Part shown: positions 39,753-48,991 of the stretch, piece by piece
Position numbering within the stretch: position 1 is the stretch's first letter
Layout: every line of letters begins with the position of its first letter
Source of the DNA: Candidatus Heimdallarchaeum aukensis
GTDB lineage: Archaea; Asgardarchaeota; Heimdallarchaeia; Heimdallarchaeales; Heimdallarchaeaceae
DNA length: 64,000 nt
Reading direction: 5' to 3'
NCBI GenBank assembly: GCA_021513695.1
Contig: CP084166.1
Location: 2,816,001 to 2,880,000, forward strand
Notes under the pieces: model-generated
Database searches by the model: none
What the model was told of the DNA's origin: nothing
The model's input: only the letters and a program-made list of their open reading frames with translations
Made by a program: the position numbers and the translations under genes

Positions 39753-41609
39753 ATGAAACTTAAAGAGCTTATTGCTAATGAAGAAAAAAGAGCTCTGTGT
39801 TTAGGAAATGAAGCCATCGCTCGAGGAGCAATAGAAGCGGGAGTACAAGTTTTTGCAGCTTATCCTGGTACTCCTTCTTCAGAAGTAAGTATGGCTTTAA
39901 ACGCAGCAGCTCCTGAATTAGGTTTTTACGCTGAATGGAGTGCAAATGAAAAAGTAGCTATGGAAATTGCTTATGCTGCTTCAATTAGTGGAAAAAGAGC
40001 TATGACTGCATGTAAACATGTAGGGTTAAATGTTGCTGCTGATGTTTTCTATTCTTTCATGTACATGGGTTGTAAAGCAGGTTTTGTAACTGTTGTGGGA
40101 GATGACCCTCATTGCTTTAGCAGTCAAAATGAACAAGATTCAAGATGGTTAGGTGTATCTGCTAATTTTGTAATAGTAGAACCATCAGATCCTCATGAAG
40201 CGAAAGAATTCACTAAAAGGGCATTTGATATAAGTGAAAAGTTCGGTGTTCCTATACTCTTAAGATCAACAACAAGAATATCTCACGCTCGAGCAGATGT
40301 GAAATTTGAGAAATATGATGTAGATTTTACTTACAACGATGGAACGTTTGAGAAAACAAGGCAATTTGTTTGTCTTCCTGCTTTAGCAAGAGCCAACCAT
40401 CCAAAACTAGTACAAAAAATGAAAGAAATAGCAGAATGGATACCAGAAAGTGGTTTAACAAAAATCGAAGGACCAGAAGAGCACGAGTATGGTATAATAA
40501 CTTCTGGCATATCTTATGCTTATGTAAAAGATGCTCTTCGCAATCTAGGTGTAGACTTGCCTATTTTGAAATTGGGAATGGTCTCTCCACTCGATGAAAA
40601 ATCGATTTTAGAATTTGCTAAAACTAAAAAGCAAATAATTTTCATTGAAGAGGTTGACCCCTATTTAGAAGATAGAATTTCTGCTTTATTTATGAAAAAT
40701 GGGTTACAAGTAAAAGTTCATGGAAAATATAACGGAATAACAAAATATTATCATGAGTTAAATTCTTATCTTGTAGCTCATGCTATCGCTAAAGTAATTG
40801 GAATAGAAACTGAAAATGTTGATAAAATACAACAAGCTGTAGAAGAAACAAAAGAATATGTTCCTATTAGACCACCTTTATTCTGTGCTGGATGTCAACA
40901 TCGAGCTACTTTTTATGAATTGTTGAAAGAAGTAAAGAAAAATAACGCTATTTTTGCTTCAGATATAGGTTGTTATTCTATGGATCCTTGGGTAACAGAC
41001 ACCATAGTATGTATGGGTGCATCAATAGGTATGGGTAACGGTTTTTCTAGAGTTATAACAGATAAACCTGTATTTGCAATTATAGGCGATTCTACTTTCT
41101 TTCACACTGGTCTACCGGCTCTAGCAAACGCAGTTTACAATAATGCAAATCTGAATGTACTAGTTTTAGATAATAGAATGACGGCAATGACAGGATTTCA
41201 ACCAAATCCAACAGAGAGTATACCAATAGAAAATGTTGCAAAAGGAATGGGAATTGACTATGTTGTAGAATTCGACCCATATGACTTTGAGAACTCGAAA
41301 AAAGTAATAAGAGAGGCAATAGAACATGAAGGTCCAACTGTTCTTATAATGAGAAAAATATGCGCAAATGAATGGTGGAGACAAACAAGAAGAAAAGGAA
41401 TAAAAATAGAAACATACGAAATCGACCCTGAATTGTGTACAGCTTGTGGAATATGTTTAGTGCAATATCAATGCCCAGCAATTTCATGGAGTCTCGATAC
41501 CAATTCAAAAGGAAAGAGATACGCAGTAATAGATCCTTCAATGTGTACAGGTTGCAGTGTTTGCTCTCAAATCTGTCCATCCGGAGCAATTTCCAAAAGA
41601 AAGGAGTAA
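39753..41609 (+). CDS. iorA: Indolepyruvate:ferredoxin oxidoreductase alpha subunit
   Basis: 618 aa. TPP-binding 'GDSTFFHTG'. Two C-terminal 4Fe-4S ferredoxin motifs 'CTACGICLVQYQCP' and 'CTGCSVCSQICP'. Confidence 0.85.
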   Translation: MKLKELIANEEKRALCLGNEAIARGAIEAGVQVFAAYPGTPSSEVSMALNAAAPELGFYAEWSANEKVAMEIAYAASISGKRAMTACKHVGLNVAADVFYSFMYMGCKAGFVTVVGDDPHCFSSQNEQDSRWLGVSANFVIVEPSDPHEAKEFTKRAFDISEKFGVPILLRSTTRISHARADVKFEKYDVDFTYNDGTFEKTRQFVCLPALARANHPKLVQKMKEIAEWIPESGLTKIEGPEEHEYGIITSGISYAYVKDALRNLGVDLPILKLGMVSPLDEKSILEFAKTKKQIIFIEEVDPYLEDRISALFMKNGLQVKVHGKYNGITKYYHELNSYLVAHAIAKVIGIETENVDKIQQAVEETKEYVPIRPPLFCAGCQHRATFYELLKEVKKNNAIFASDIGCYSMDPWVTDTIVCMGASIGMGNGFSRVITDKPVFAIIGDSTFFHTGLPALANAVYNNANLNVLVLDNRMTAMTGFQPNPTESIPIENVAKGMGIDYVVEFDPYDFENSKKVIREAIEHEGPTVLIMRKICANEWWRQTRRKGIKIETYEIDPELCTACGICLVQYQCPAISWSLDTNSKGKRYAVIDPSMCTGCSVCSQICPSGAISKRKE

Positions 41610-42218
41610 GTGATGAAAATGACAAAAGAATACAGTATGGTAATTGTTGGTGTGGGAGGACAAGGAATCCTCACTATTTCAGACATTATTTCAATAGCTA
41701 CAAGAAAGAAAGGATGGCATATACTAGGTTCTGAAGTACATGGGATGGCTCAAAAAGGAGGTTCAGTAATAACAAACTTGAAAATAGGTGAAGAACTCTA
41801 TTCTCCAACTATTCCTATAGGAGGGGCAGAACTACTAGTAGGATTAGAACAAAATGAAACTTTAAGGTATATCCAATACCTTAAACCAGGAGGAAAAGTG
41901 ATTTCAGCCAAAACTGTTCTTTACCCTGTAGGTTGGAAGAAAAACAAGAAAGCAGCTGATGAAGCTAGAGAAAAAATAGCAGAGAATCTAGCTAAATTCG
42001 ATGCAAAAGTGATAATGATTGATTCAGAAAAGTTAGCTCTAGAAGCAGGGTTGGCTTTAGCCCAAAACATAGTTATGCTAGGAGCTCTATCACAAGTAGA
42101 AGGATTTCCCTTAACTGAAGACGAGTTAAGAGAAGCTCTAAAAGAAAGAGTTCCACCAAAATATCTAGAACCAAACCTAAAAGCTTTTGAGCTTGGTATT
42201 CAAAGTATGAAATCTTAA
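41610..42218 (+). CDS. iorB: Indolepyruvate:ferredoxin oxidoreductase beta subunit
   Basis: 202 aa. 'IVGVGGQGILT' (PorG/IorB-type Rossmann-like motif). Directly follows iorA. Confidence 0.8.
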   Translation: MMKMTKEYSMVIVGVGGQGILTISDIISIATRKKGWHILGSEVHGMAQKGGSVITNLKIGEELYSPTIPIGGAELLVGLEQNETLRYIQYLKPGGKVISAKTVLYPVGWKKNKKAADEAREKIAENLAKFDAKVIMIDSEKLALEAGLALAQNIVMLGALSQVEGFPLTEDELREALKERVPPKYLEPNLKAFELGIQSMKS

Positions 42219-42313
42219 ATTCTTTTTTTCTTTTAAATTTTTCAATTTTATAATTAATCTAAAAAAATGTAATAAAAAATTGAAGTAAAAGAAAGAGAAA
42301 AATTGTTGTCAGT

Positions 42314-42622
42314 TTATTTTAACAAGTCTTCTTCTTCAGGAAGTCGAACAGTATCAATGATTTGCTCACCAACTACGACTTCATCAACACTGTGGATGGA
42401 ACAACCATAGTCGCGTAAAGTTTCTTCTATTAGTTCATAGTCTAAATCTTGTCCAACCATAGTGACGATTATCCCTTCAGTACTTCTATCAGTTTCAGTT
42501 CGAATGATATTAATAGAATCTAACCCCTCAAGTTTGCCTAGATCAAGAGCTAAGACGTCTATTCTAGGCTGATGAGGTTTCAAAACGTCCAATACTAATC
42601 TTCTAATTCTTGGATCCTTCAT
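42314..42622 (-). CDS. DUF211-like small conserved archaeal protein
   Basis: 102 aa. 'RRLVLDVLKPHQP...IHSVDEVVVG' matches my memory of the DUF211 family pattern. Low certainty. Confidence 0.4.
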   Translation of the reverse strand: MKDPRIRRLVLDVLKPHQPRIDVLALDLGKLEGLDSINIIRTETDRSTEGIIVTMVGQDLDYELIEETLRDYGCSIHSVDEVVVGEQIIDTVRLPEEEDLLK

Positions 42623-42725
42623 TTTCTTTTACCAGTTAAATGTTTAGTAATAAACAAGAAAAAATCAAGAATATAAGTATTATTATTTATAGATAAGCAT
42701 TTTTTATGTATAAGAAAAGAAAAAG

Positions 42726-43496
42726 TTATTTAGAAAGTTTTAGTTTGAAAATTCCTGGAAAGTAATACTGACCCGTTTCTTCATCCTCAACTGCCAAACC
42801 AATCTCTGCCATCTTAGACAAAGTATCAACCGCACGCTCTGAAGACCAACCTAAATGTGATACAAGAATATCTCTAGTCAAAAATTCTAACCCTGTAGCT
42901 AACTGAAGAACAGCGCGAAAATCAGAAGAAGTTTCTAAAGGCTTGAATCTGATTAATACTTCATCATTTCCAAGATCAATTTCAGGTGGAATAACTTTAT
43001 CTTTCTGTAGAGAACGAATAGCTCGAATAATATGACTGGGACTAACTTCCCAGTTAGGACGAGTCTCCTTGAAATAATCAATGAAATTACCTAAAGTAAT
43101 AGCTCCACCAAATTCTTCTAATTCCTCATTACCTATTATTAGTATTTCTTGTCTAAGTTTTTGTTCGAAACCTTTACTGCCAAAAAGAACAGGAGTTTTC
43201 ATTTTTCCTGCAGTACCAATTGAACCAGTAAGTCCAGCTTGTTCTCGCAATTGCATGATTTTGTTAACTAAAAGTTTCGAAGACTTTAGAAGCTTCTTTG
43301 AATCCTTTTCAACTTTAATAATTCCTTCTTTAAGAATCTCTTTTCGTTTTTGTTTATCTTTCTCCTGAGTGGAAACTAAATCAGTATCAAACGCTTTATA
43401 CGCTTGTGAAAGAGAAGAACGAAAATCTTCATCAGAAATTTCTCTAACTTCCTTTTTTTCGTCTTCTGTTTCTTTCTTTCCTTTTCTTTTACCCAT
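42726..43496 (-). CDS. vps22: ESCRT-II subunit Vps22/SNF8 (EAP30-domain, tandem winged-helix) homolog
   Basis: The C-terminal half aligns by eye with human SNF8: 'VSPSHIIRAIRSLQKDK' ~ 'VSQDDLIRAIKKLKALG'; 'AVLQLATGLEFLTRDILVSHLGWSSERAVDTLSKMAEIGLAVEDEETGQYYFPGIF' ~ 'VVLQLAEKNGYVTVSEIKASLKWETERARQVLEHLLKEGLAWLDLQAPGEAHYWLPALF'. Also 'GSKGFEQ' ~ 'SGKGFWSE'. Start set at the internal Met (MGKRKGKK). Confidence 0.7.
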   Translation of the reverse strand: MGKRKGKKETEDEKKEVREISDEDFRSSLSQAYKAFDTDLVSTQEKDKQKRKEILKEGIIKVEKDSKKLLKSSKLLVNKIMQLREQAGLTGSIGTAGKMKTPVLFGSKGFEQKLRQEILIIGNEELEEFGGAITLGNFIDYFKETRPNWEVSPSHIIRAIRSLQKDKVIPPEIDLGNDEVLIRFKPLETSSDFRAVLQLATGLEFLTRDILVSHLGWSSERAVDTLSKMAEIGLAVEDEETGQYYFPGIFKLKLSK

Positions 43497-43751
43497 CAGT
43501 ATCAAGAGAAAATAAACAAGCATTATTTAAAAAACTATTCAATTCGAAAAATGAATGTTTTTTAAAATCTAAAAAATAATTAACCGTTTCTAGCAGCTCT
43601 AACCAATTTCTGTTAAATCCAAACATTAAAAACATTTGTAGCTAAAGAAGCTTTAAGTCTAAAGAATATTAAAATTAGGATTTAAAAATATAAAAACAAA
43701 AATCAAAAATAGTATTAATAAATTAGAACATAAATAAATAAACAATTTATA

Positions 43752-45119
43752 GTGATGCTTATGAAAAATATACAAATTACTGCTTACGGCGCAACCAACT
43801 TCGTAGGAAGAAGTGCTTTTACAATAAGCGATAAAGATAGAACAGTGATGTTAGACTGTGGAATAGAACTAGTGCCAAAGAAACTGTCTATAGCACCAAA
43901 GGGTGTAGATGCAATAGCCAAAAATGTAGACGCTTTTTTGCTCAGCCATGCACATATCGACCATTCAGGATATGTTCCTAAACTAGCTCAGAAAGGGTAT
44001 AAGGGAAAATTCTATATGACCCATCCAACAAAAGATATAGTTTTTAGATTATGGTTAGATCATCTGAAAATAGAGGGAGAAAGACATTGGACAGAAGATG
44101 ATCTGGATAAAACATTCAATAGAATAGTAACGAAAAAATATCATGAAAAATTCAAAATAGTAGATGGAATAACTGCAGAATTCATAAATGCTGGACATAT
44201 TTTAGGTGCAGCACAAATTTTAATAGATTGGGACGGGCAATTAATATTATATTCAGGAGATATAAACGACAGACAAACACCTTTCTTTGATGGATTTGAA
44301 TATCCTGAAGAAGAAGTAGATATACTAATTACAGAAAGTACAAATGGAGATAGATATGTCCCAGAGAGAAAAAAGATAGATGTAGGTTTTAGATTACTTT
44401 CAAAACAAGTAGCAGAAAGCGGAAATAAGATGCTTCTACCCAGTTTTGCAGTAGGAAGATCACAAGAACTACTAACAACTCTAGCTTTTGATGATGACAT
44501 CGACGATGTTCCAATATATACTGATGGAATGATAAATATGATGAATACTTTGACTGAAGCATATTTAACAAAAGATTGGGTGTCTGACAGATTTCTAAAA
44601 GAATTGAAAAGTAGAAAAATGAATTCACCATTTAATAAAGAGAATATTATCCCAATAAATAGAGCTCAATCTCCTCATCAATTCAGAAGACAAATAGCTA
44701 AAAGTAAAGAAGGAGCAATCATAGTAACAACTTCAGGAATGCTAGAAGGAGGACCAATACATACTTACTTGGATTACTGCGCAGGAAATGAAAATAACAC
44801 ACTAGGTTTCACAGGATATCAAGTAGAAGGAACAATAGGAAGAGAATTATACGATGGAGCAGAAGAAATAACAATATTTAACGATAGAAGATTCAACAAC
44901 CCGAAAAAAATAAAGGTAAAATGTAAAATAATGAAATTCCCGTATTCAGGACATAGTTCAGCAGAAGGACTAGCAAAATATGTGAAAAAAATAAATGCAA
45001 AGAAAGTTATTCTTGTCCATGGAATAGAAAAAAACCAATTGTATCTAAGAAACTTAATGAAAGAATATTCTCATCCAATAACTCTGGAAGAAAAAAAGCC
45101 AGAAACAATTAGAATATGA
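43752..45119 (+). CDS. Metallo-beta-lactamase-fold beta-CASP ribonuclease (aCPSF2/RNase J-like, no KH domains)
   Basis: 455 aa. 'LSHAHIDHSGYVP' (HxHxDH), a later 'HxxGA' motif, and C-terminal 'HGIE' (beta-CASP motif C-like). Confidence 0.75.
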   Translation: MMLMKNIQITAYGATNFVGRSAFTISDKDRTVMLDCGIELVPKKLSIAPKGVDAIAKNVDAFLLSHAHIDHSGYVPKLAQKGYKGKFYMTHPTKDIVFRLWLDHLKIEGERHWTEDDLDKTFNRIVTKKYHEKFKIVDGITAEFINAGHILGAAQILIDWDGQLILYSGDINDRQTPFFDGFEYPEEEVDILITESTNGDRYVPERKKIDVGFRLLSKQVAESGNKMLLPSFAVGRSQELLTTLAFDDDIDDVPIYTDGMINMMNTLTEAYLTKDWVSDRFLKELKSRKMNSPFNKENIIPINRAQSPHQFRRQIAKSKEGAIIVTTSGMLEGGPIHTYLDYCAGNENNTLGFTGYQVEGTIGRELYDGAEEITIFNDRRFNNPKKIKVKCKIMKFPYSGHSSAEGLAKYVKKINAKKVILVHGIEKNQLYLRNLMKEYSHPITLEEKKPETIRI

Positions 45120-45260
45120 TTTCTACTATAATTTTAATAATTTTTCTTTTAGAAATGAGTTAGATTTTTGTTCTCTTTCTAATTATAAGCCACTTTTTTA
45201 AGTTTAAAATAAAAACGAAAAAATCGCAGAATAAACAGTAAGAAAGTAGATTCTTGTTGA

Positions 45261-45307
45261 TGTTTACAAATAACTGTATACTCAACTCACATTTGTTTAC
45301 AAATAAC
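45261..45307 (+). promoter_or_regulatory. Two exact 14-bp direct repeats tgtttacaaataac (45261-45274 and 45294-45307), 33 bp apart, 110-155 bp upstream of the TSP3-repeat protein gene
   Basis: Read directly from the sequence. A third, partial 'catttacaa' lies at ~45379. Confidence 0.3.
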
Positions 45308-45416
45308 AGAAAAAGTTAATTATTGATTTATTCATTATCAAGTGATTCAAATTTAAAAGCTTGAAAATGTTCAATAAACATTTACAATTTAATGTTAGAG
45401 TCTGTAGGGTTGAAAA

Positions 45417-48068
45417 ATGAAAAGAATAACAACATATAGACAGTTAGGTTTGGTGCTAATATTAATAGCAACTACAACTTTCTTACTTTATCTTTCGACT
45501 CATAAAGAGGAAAATATGGTCCTGCAATCTAATAAAATAACAATAGATTCAATGTCTGGCGTAAATTCAGATGAAAATAGAACTGTAAAAAAAGCTTATT
45601 CAGTTCATTCTCCTATTCTTATTGAGTCTGATGATGATCTTACAGGTTTTCCAGGTTTAGGAACAAAGGATGACCCCTATGTCATTGAAAACTACAATAT
45701 AACTGACTCTACAACTCATGGTATAAAGATATCTGGGACTACAAAGTATATTCTTATTCACGATTGTTATCTTAATGGGGGAGGTTCAGGTTCATCATTT
45801 TATGGTATTTATATTGACTCTACTACAGATGGAACTATAACTGTGACTAACAACACAATAAGCAACTATGCTACTGGTATTTACCTTTCTTCTTGTTCTA
45901 ATAACTCCTTTACTTTTAATATAATAACGAATAGTAATAATGACGGCTTATATCTCTCTTCTAGCTCTAACAATACTTTTTCTTCTAATACAATAACAAA
46001 CAGTGACGATGATGGAATAACTATCTCTTTTAGTTCTGGTAACACACTCACATTTAATAATATAACAAATAATAACGGTGAGGGAATTTATTTTTCTTTT
46101 AGTTCAAATAATAACCTTGCTTCAAATATTATAGCAGAGAATATTAATTATGCAATAGATCTCTATTCTAGTTCAAGTAATACTTTTGTAAAAAACTTAT
46201 TTATCAAAAATAATCAAGGAGGTTCGTCTCAAGCTAGTGATAGTGGAACAATTAATAAATTCTATACTGATATAACTGGAAACTATTGGTATGATTGGAA
46301 TGGAACAGGAATATATGCGATAGATGGTTCAGCTAACAACTTTGATCCTTATCCTATGCATGTAGACCTTGATCGAGATGGTATGCCTGACAAATGGGAA
46401 GAAGATAATGGATTAAACACTAATATCAATGATTCTGCAGAAGATCTCGATAGTGACGGTTTAACTAATTTAGAAGAATACACTAGCAACACTAATCCTA
46501 ACTACTCTGACACTGATTCAGATGGCTTATCAGACGGAGAAGAGGTTCACACTTATTTTACTGATCCACTTGATTTTGATACTGACGATGATGGATTATT
46601 GGATGGTGAAGAAGTTAAAACCTATTCTTCAAATCCCAACAATCCAGATACTGATTCGGATGGTATGCCTGATGGTTGGGAGGTGAATTATGGTTTAAAC
46701 CCCTCAAATGATGAGTCTACAGAGGATTTTGATGGTGACGGTTTAAGTAACGTTGCTGAGTATTCTCACAATACTGACCCTACTAACCCTGATACTGATA
46801 ATGATGGCTTGTTCGACGGTCAGGAAATTAATACTTATGGTACTGATCCTACTAACCCTGATACTGACGGCGATGGTTTATCTGATGGCGAAGAGGTTGA
46901 TGTTTATGGTACAGACCCTCTTAATCCAGATACAGATAATGATGGTGTATCTGATGGTGAAGAAGTAAGTAAAGGAAAGAATCCAAAAGGTTCTTCTCTT
47001 TTTGCATATTTGTTCTCTTCACTTGCTAGTTCTATAATTACTATAATAGTTTTAGTGTTAGTAATTACAATCATTATCGCTTCTATAGTCGATATAATGA
47101 AGAAAAAAAAGAATAAACAGATGGATGAAACAAAGAAGCAAAAGATAACGAAAATAACGAAAAAAAAGAAAATAGGGTTGAAGTTCTTTAATGAGAAAAT
47201 AGATTCACTCGAAAATGAGTGGTCATGGGTAGAAAGAGAACAAAAAAGCGGTCAATCTTTATTCGATACAGCTTTTTCTGAGAAAATATCTGAACTATTT
47301 GTAGAATTAATTGAGACATTAATAGGATTTAATTACGCTTTTACAAAAGATGTAAAGTATCTAACAAACCTTGATTGGTTAAGCGCAAAAAAAAGACTAA
47401 ATAGCTTAGTTGACCAATTCAGAGCTTTATTGCTCAAAGAGCTAGAAGAAATTGATATTGATACAAAATTTGAAGAAATAAATAATGAATTGACAAAGAT
47501 AACTTTAGAAAATATTGAGAAACCCTCTGAAGATAAATTATTACAACCATTTGACGTTTTACTTGATACACTTGTAAAAATTGACAAGAATATAAGAAAA
47601 ACTGAGTCATTTATTGACGAATTCACTTTTTCTAAACTGACTTCTTACTGGGGAAAACTGTCTGACATTATAGTTACAGTAAAATCAGAAGTTGAAAATA
47701 AAAGAAGTGAGGTAAGGAAGAATATCAAAGAAGTAAAAGAAGTATTTACTGATAAAAGGATGAACCTTGAAAGGTTAGAGACCCTTAATAAAGTAGTTTC
47801 AGTCTATAAACAGATTTCACTTTCCAAACTAGCTTACTTGCTCAAATTTTCATCTAACTCTGCCCTAATTTACTGGATGTCAAAGCAAAATTTGGATTTT
47901 TCTTATAGGATTGTTGATGATGAGATAATTTTTGAAAAACAGGAAGAAGGAGAAAAAGAAGAAGGAAAAGAAGAAATAGAATACGATAGTGAAGTGGCTG
48001 ATGCAATAGACTCTCTATTAAGACAATACGATGAATGGTCAAAAGGTGATGAAGGAAAAAAGATTTAA
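45417..48068 (+). CDS. Type-I-like transmembrane surface protein: N-terminal anchor/signal, parallel beta-helix (PbH1/NosD-like) repeats, about 9 thrombospondin-type-3-like Ca-binding repeats, single TM, ~320-aa cytoplasmic coiled-coil tail
   Basis: 883 aa. 'TNNTISNYATGIYLSS..NNSFTFNIITNSNNDGLYLSS' PbH1 repeats. 'DTDSDGLSDGEEV', 'DTDDDGLLDGEEV', 'DTDNDGLFDGQEI', 'DTDGDGLSDGEEV', 'DTDNDGVSDGEEV' repeats. TM 'IITIIVLVLVITIIIASIV' followed by poly-K. Confidence 0.7.
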   Translation: MKRITTYRQLGLVLILIATTTFLLYLSTHKEENMVLQSNKITIDSMSGVNSDENRTVKKAYSVHSPILIESDDDLTGFPGLGTKDDPYVIENYNITDSTTHGIKISGTTKYILIHDCYLNGGGSGSSFYGIYIDSTTDGTITVTNNTISNYATGIYLSSCSNNSFTFNIITNSNNDGLYLSSSSNNTFSSNTITNSDDDGITISFSSGNTLTFNNITNNNGEGIYFSFSSNNNLASNIIAENINYAIDLYSSSSNTFVKNLFIKNNQGGSSQASDSGTINKFYTDITGNYWYDWNGTGIYAIDGSANNFDPYPMHVDLDRDGMPDKWEEDNGLNTNINDSAEDLDSDGLTNLEEYTSNTNPNYSDTDSDGLSDGEEVHTYFTDPLDFDTDDDGLLDGEEVKTYSSNPNNPDTDSDGMPDGWEVNYGLNPSNDESTEDFDGDGLSNVAEYSHNTDPTNPDTDNDGLFDGQEINTYGTDPTNPDTDGDGLSDGEEVDVYGTDPLNPDTDNDGVSDGEEVSKGKNPKGSSLFAYLFSSLASSIITIIVLVLVITIIIASIVDIMKKKKNKQMDETKKQKITKITKKKKIGLKFFNEKIDSLENEWSWVEREQKSGQSLFDTAFSEKISELFVELIETLIGFNYAFTKDVKYLTNLDWLSAKKRLNSLVDQFRALLLKELEEIDIDTKFEEINNELTKITLENIEKPSEDKLLQPFDVLLDTLVKIDKNIRKTESFIDEFTFSKLTSYWGKLSDIIVTVKSEVENKRSEVRKNIKEVKEVFTDKRMNLERLETLNKVVSVYKQISLSKLAYLLKFSSNSALIYWMSKQNLDFSYRIVDDEIIFEKQEEGEKEEGKEEIEYDSEVADAIDSLLRQYDEWSKGDEGKKI

Positions 48069-48322
48069 TTTTCCCAAAATCGAAAGATTTAAACTTATTT
48101 TTTGTGTTTTTTTAAATTTCTATAATAATTTACTTAAATGTTTGAAATAATCTACAATATTTATCTTGACAGCAGTAAGTTAATGTATTTTGCCGTTAGC
48201 CAGTAAGTTTCTGATGATTAGCAATGAAAGTTGTGATTATTTTGCTGAAAATAATACAATTTTAATTTCTAGATATATTCTTTCGATAATTTTACATACT
48301 CTCTTGATTTTCGTTATTTAAC

Positions 48323-48967
48323 ATGACATTAACAGATTTTCCTTATATTCAAGTCGCTTTGGATATTATTGATTTAAAATTTCTTGAAAAGGTTTTATCT
48401 CTTCTTCCTAGCAGTAATAAATTGCTTATCGAAGCAGGGACTCCTCTGATTAAAAAATTCGGTTCGGGAGTGATTAATACCATTCGACAATATTTCCCTG
48501 ATTCTTATGTTATTGCAGATATGAAAACTTTGGATGTTGGAGAAATTGAAGTAAAGATCTGTTCAGATGATGGAGCAAATGCTATGGCTGTAAGTGGATT
48601 AGCTCCTTTAGAGACAATTGTTTCTTCTATTAAAGCTGGAAAAGAGAGGAATATTGATATCATTTTAGATTTAATGAATGTAGCTGAACCGCTGAAATTA
48701 CTTTCAGAGCTTCATGAACTTCCTAAAATAGTTCTTTTTCATAGGGGAATAGATCAAGAAGGTAATATGGACCATCCTTGGGATTTAATCCAACAAATAA
48801 GAAAAGATTTTCCACAAGTTTTAGTCGCAGTAGCAGGTGGATTAAACCTTGACTCCAGTGCAAAAGCTCTTTCTAAAGGCGCTCAAATTATTGTTGTTGG
48901 AAGAGCAATAACCGCTTCTGAGAATATAACTAAAAGTTGTAATGATTTCTTGAAGCTTCTTGAATAA
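48323..48967 (+). CDS. 3-Hexulose-6-phosphate synthase-like (OMP-decarboxylase / KGPDC fold), stand-alone
   Basis: 214 aa. 'IQVALDIIDL', 'LIEAGTPLIKKFG', 'IADMKTLDVGEIE', 'GANAMAVSG' correspond to HPS/KGPDC active-site blocks. Confidence 0.65.
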   Translation: MTLTDFPYIQVALDIIDLKFLEKVLSLLPSSNKLLIEAGTPLIKKFGSGVINTIRQYFPDSYVIADMKTLDVGEIEVKICSDDGANAMAVSGLAPLETIVSSIKAGKERNIDIILDLMNVAEPLKLLSELHELPKIVLFHRGIDQEGNMDHPWDLIQQIRKDFPQVLVAVAGGLNLDSSAKALSKGAQIIVVGRAITASENITKSCNDFLKLLE

Positions 48968-48991
48968 AAAAAGTTAATAGAAAAAGAAGTT

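Noticed and set aside
48205-48255. Possible C/D-box sRNA (ctgatga ... ctga) in the 254-bp intergenic gap before the HPS-like gene
   Set aside because: The C box has a pyrimidine at the R position. There is no convincing C'/D' pair or terminal stem, and the box spacing is too short. In an AT-rich genome 'tgatga' and 'ctga' occur by chance.
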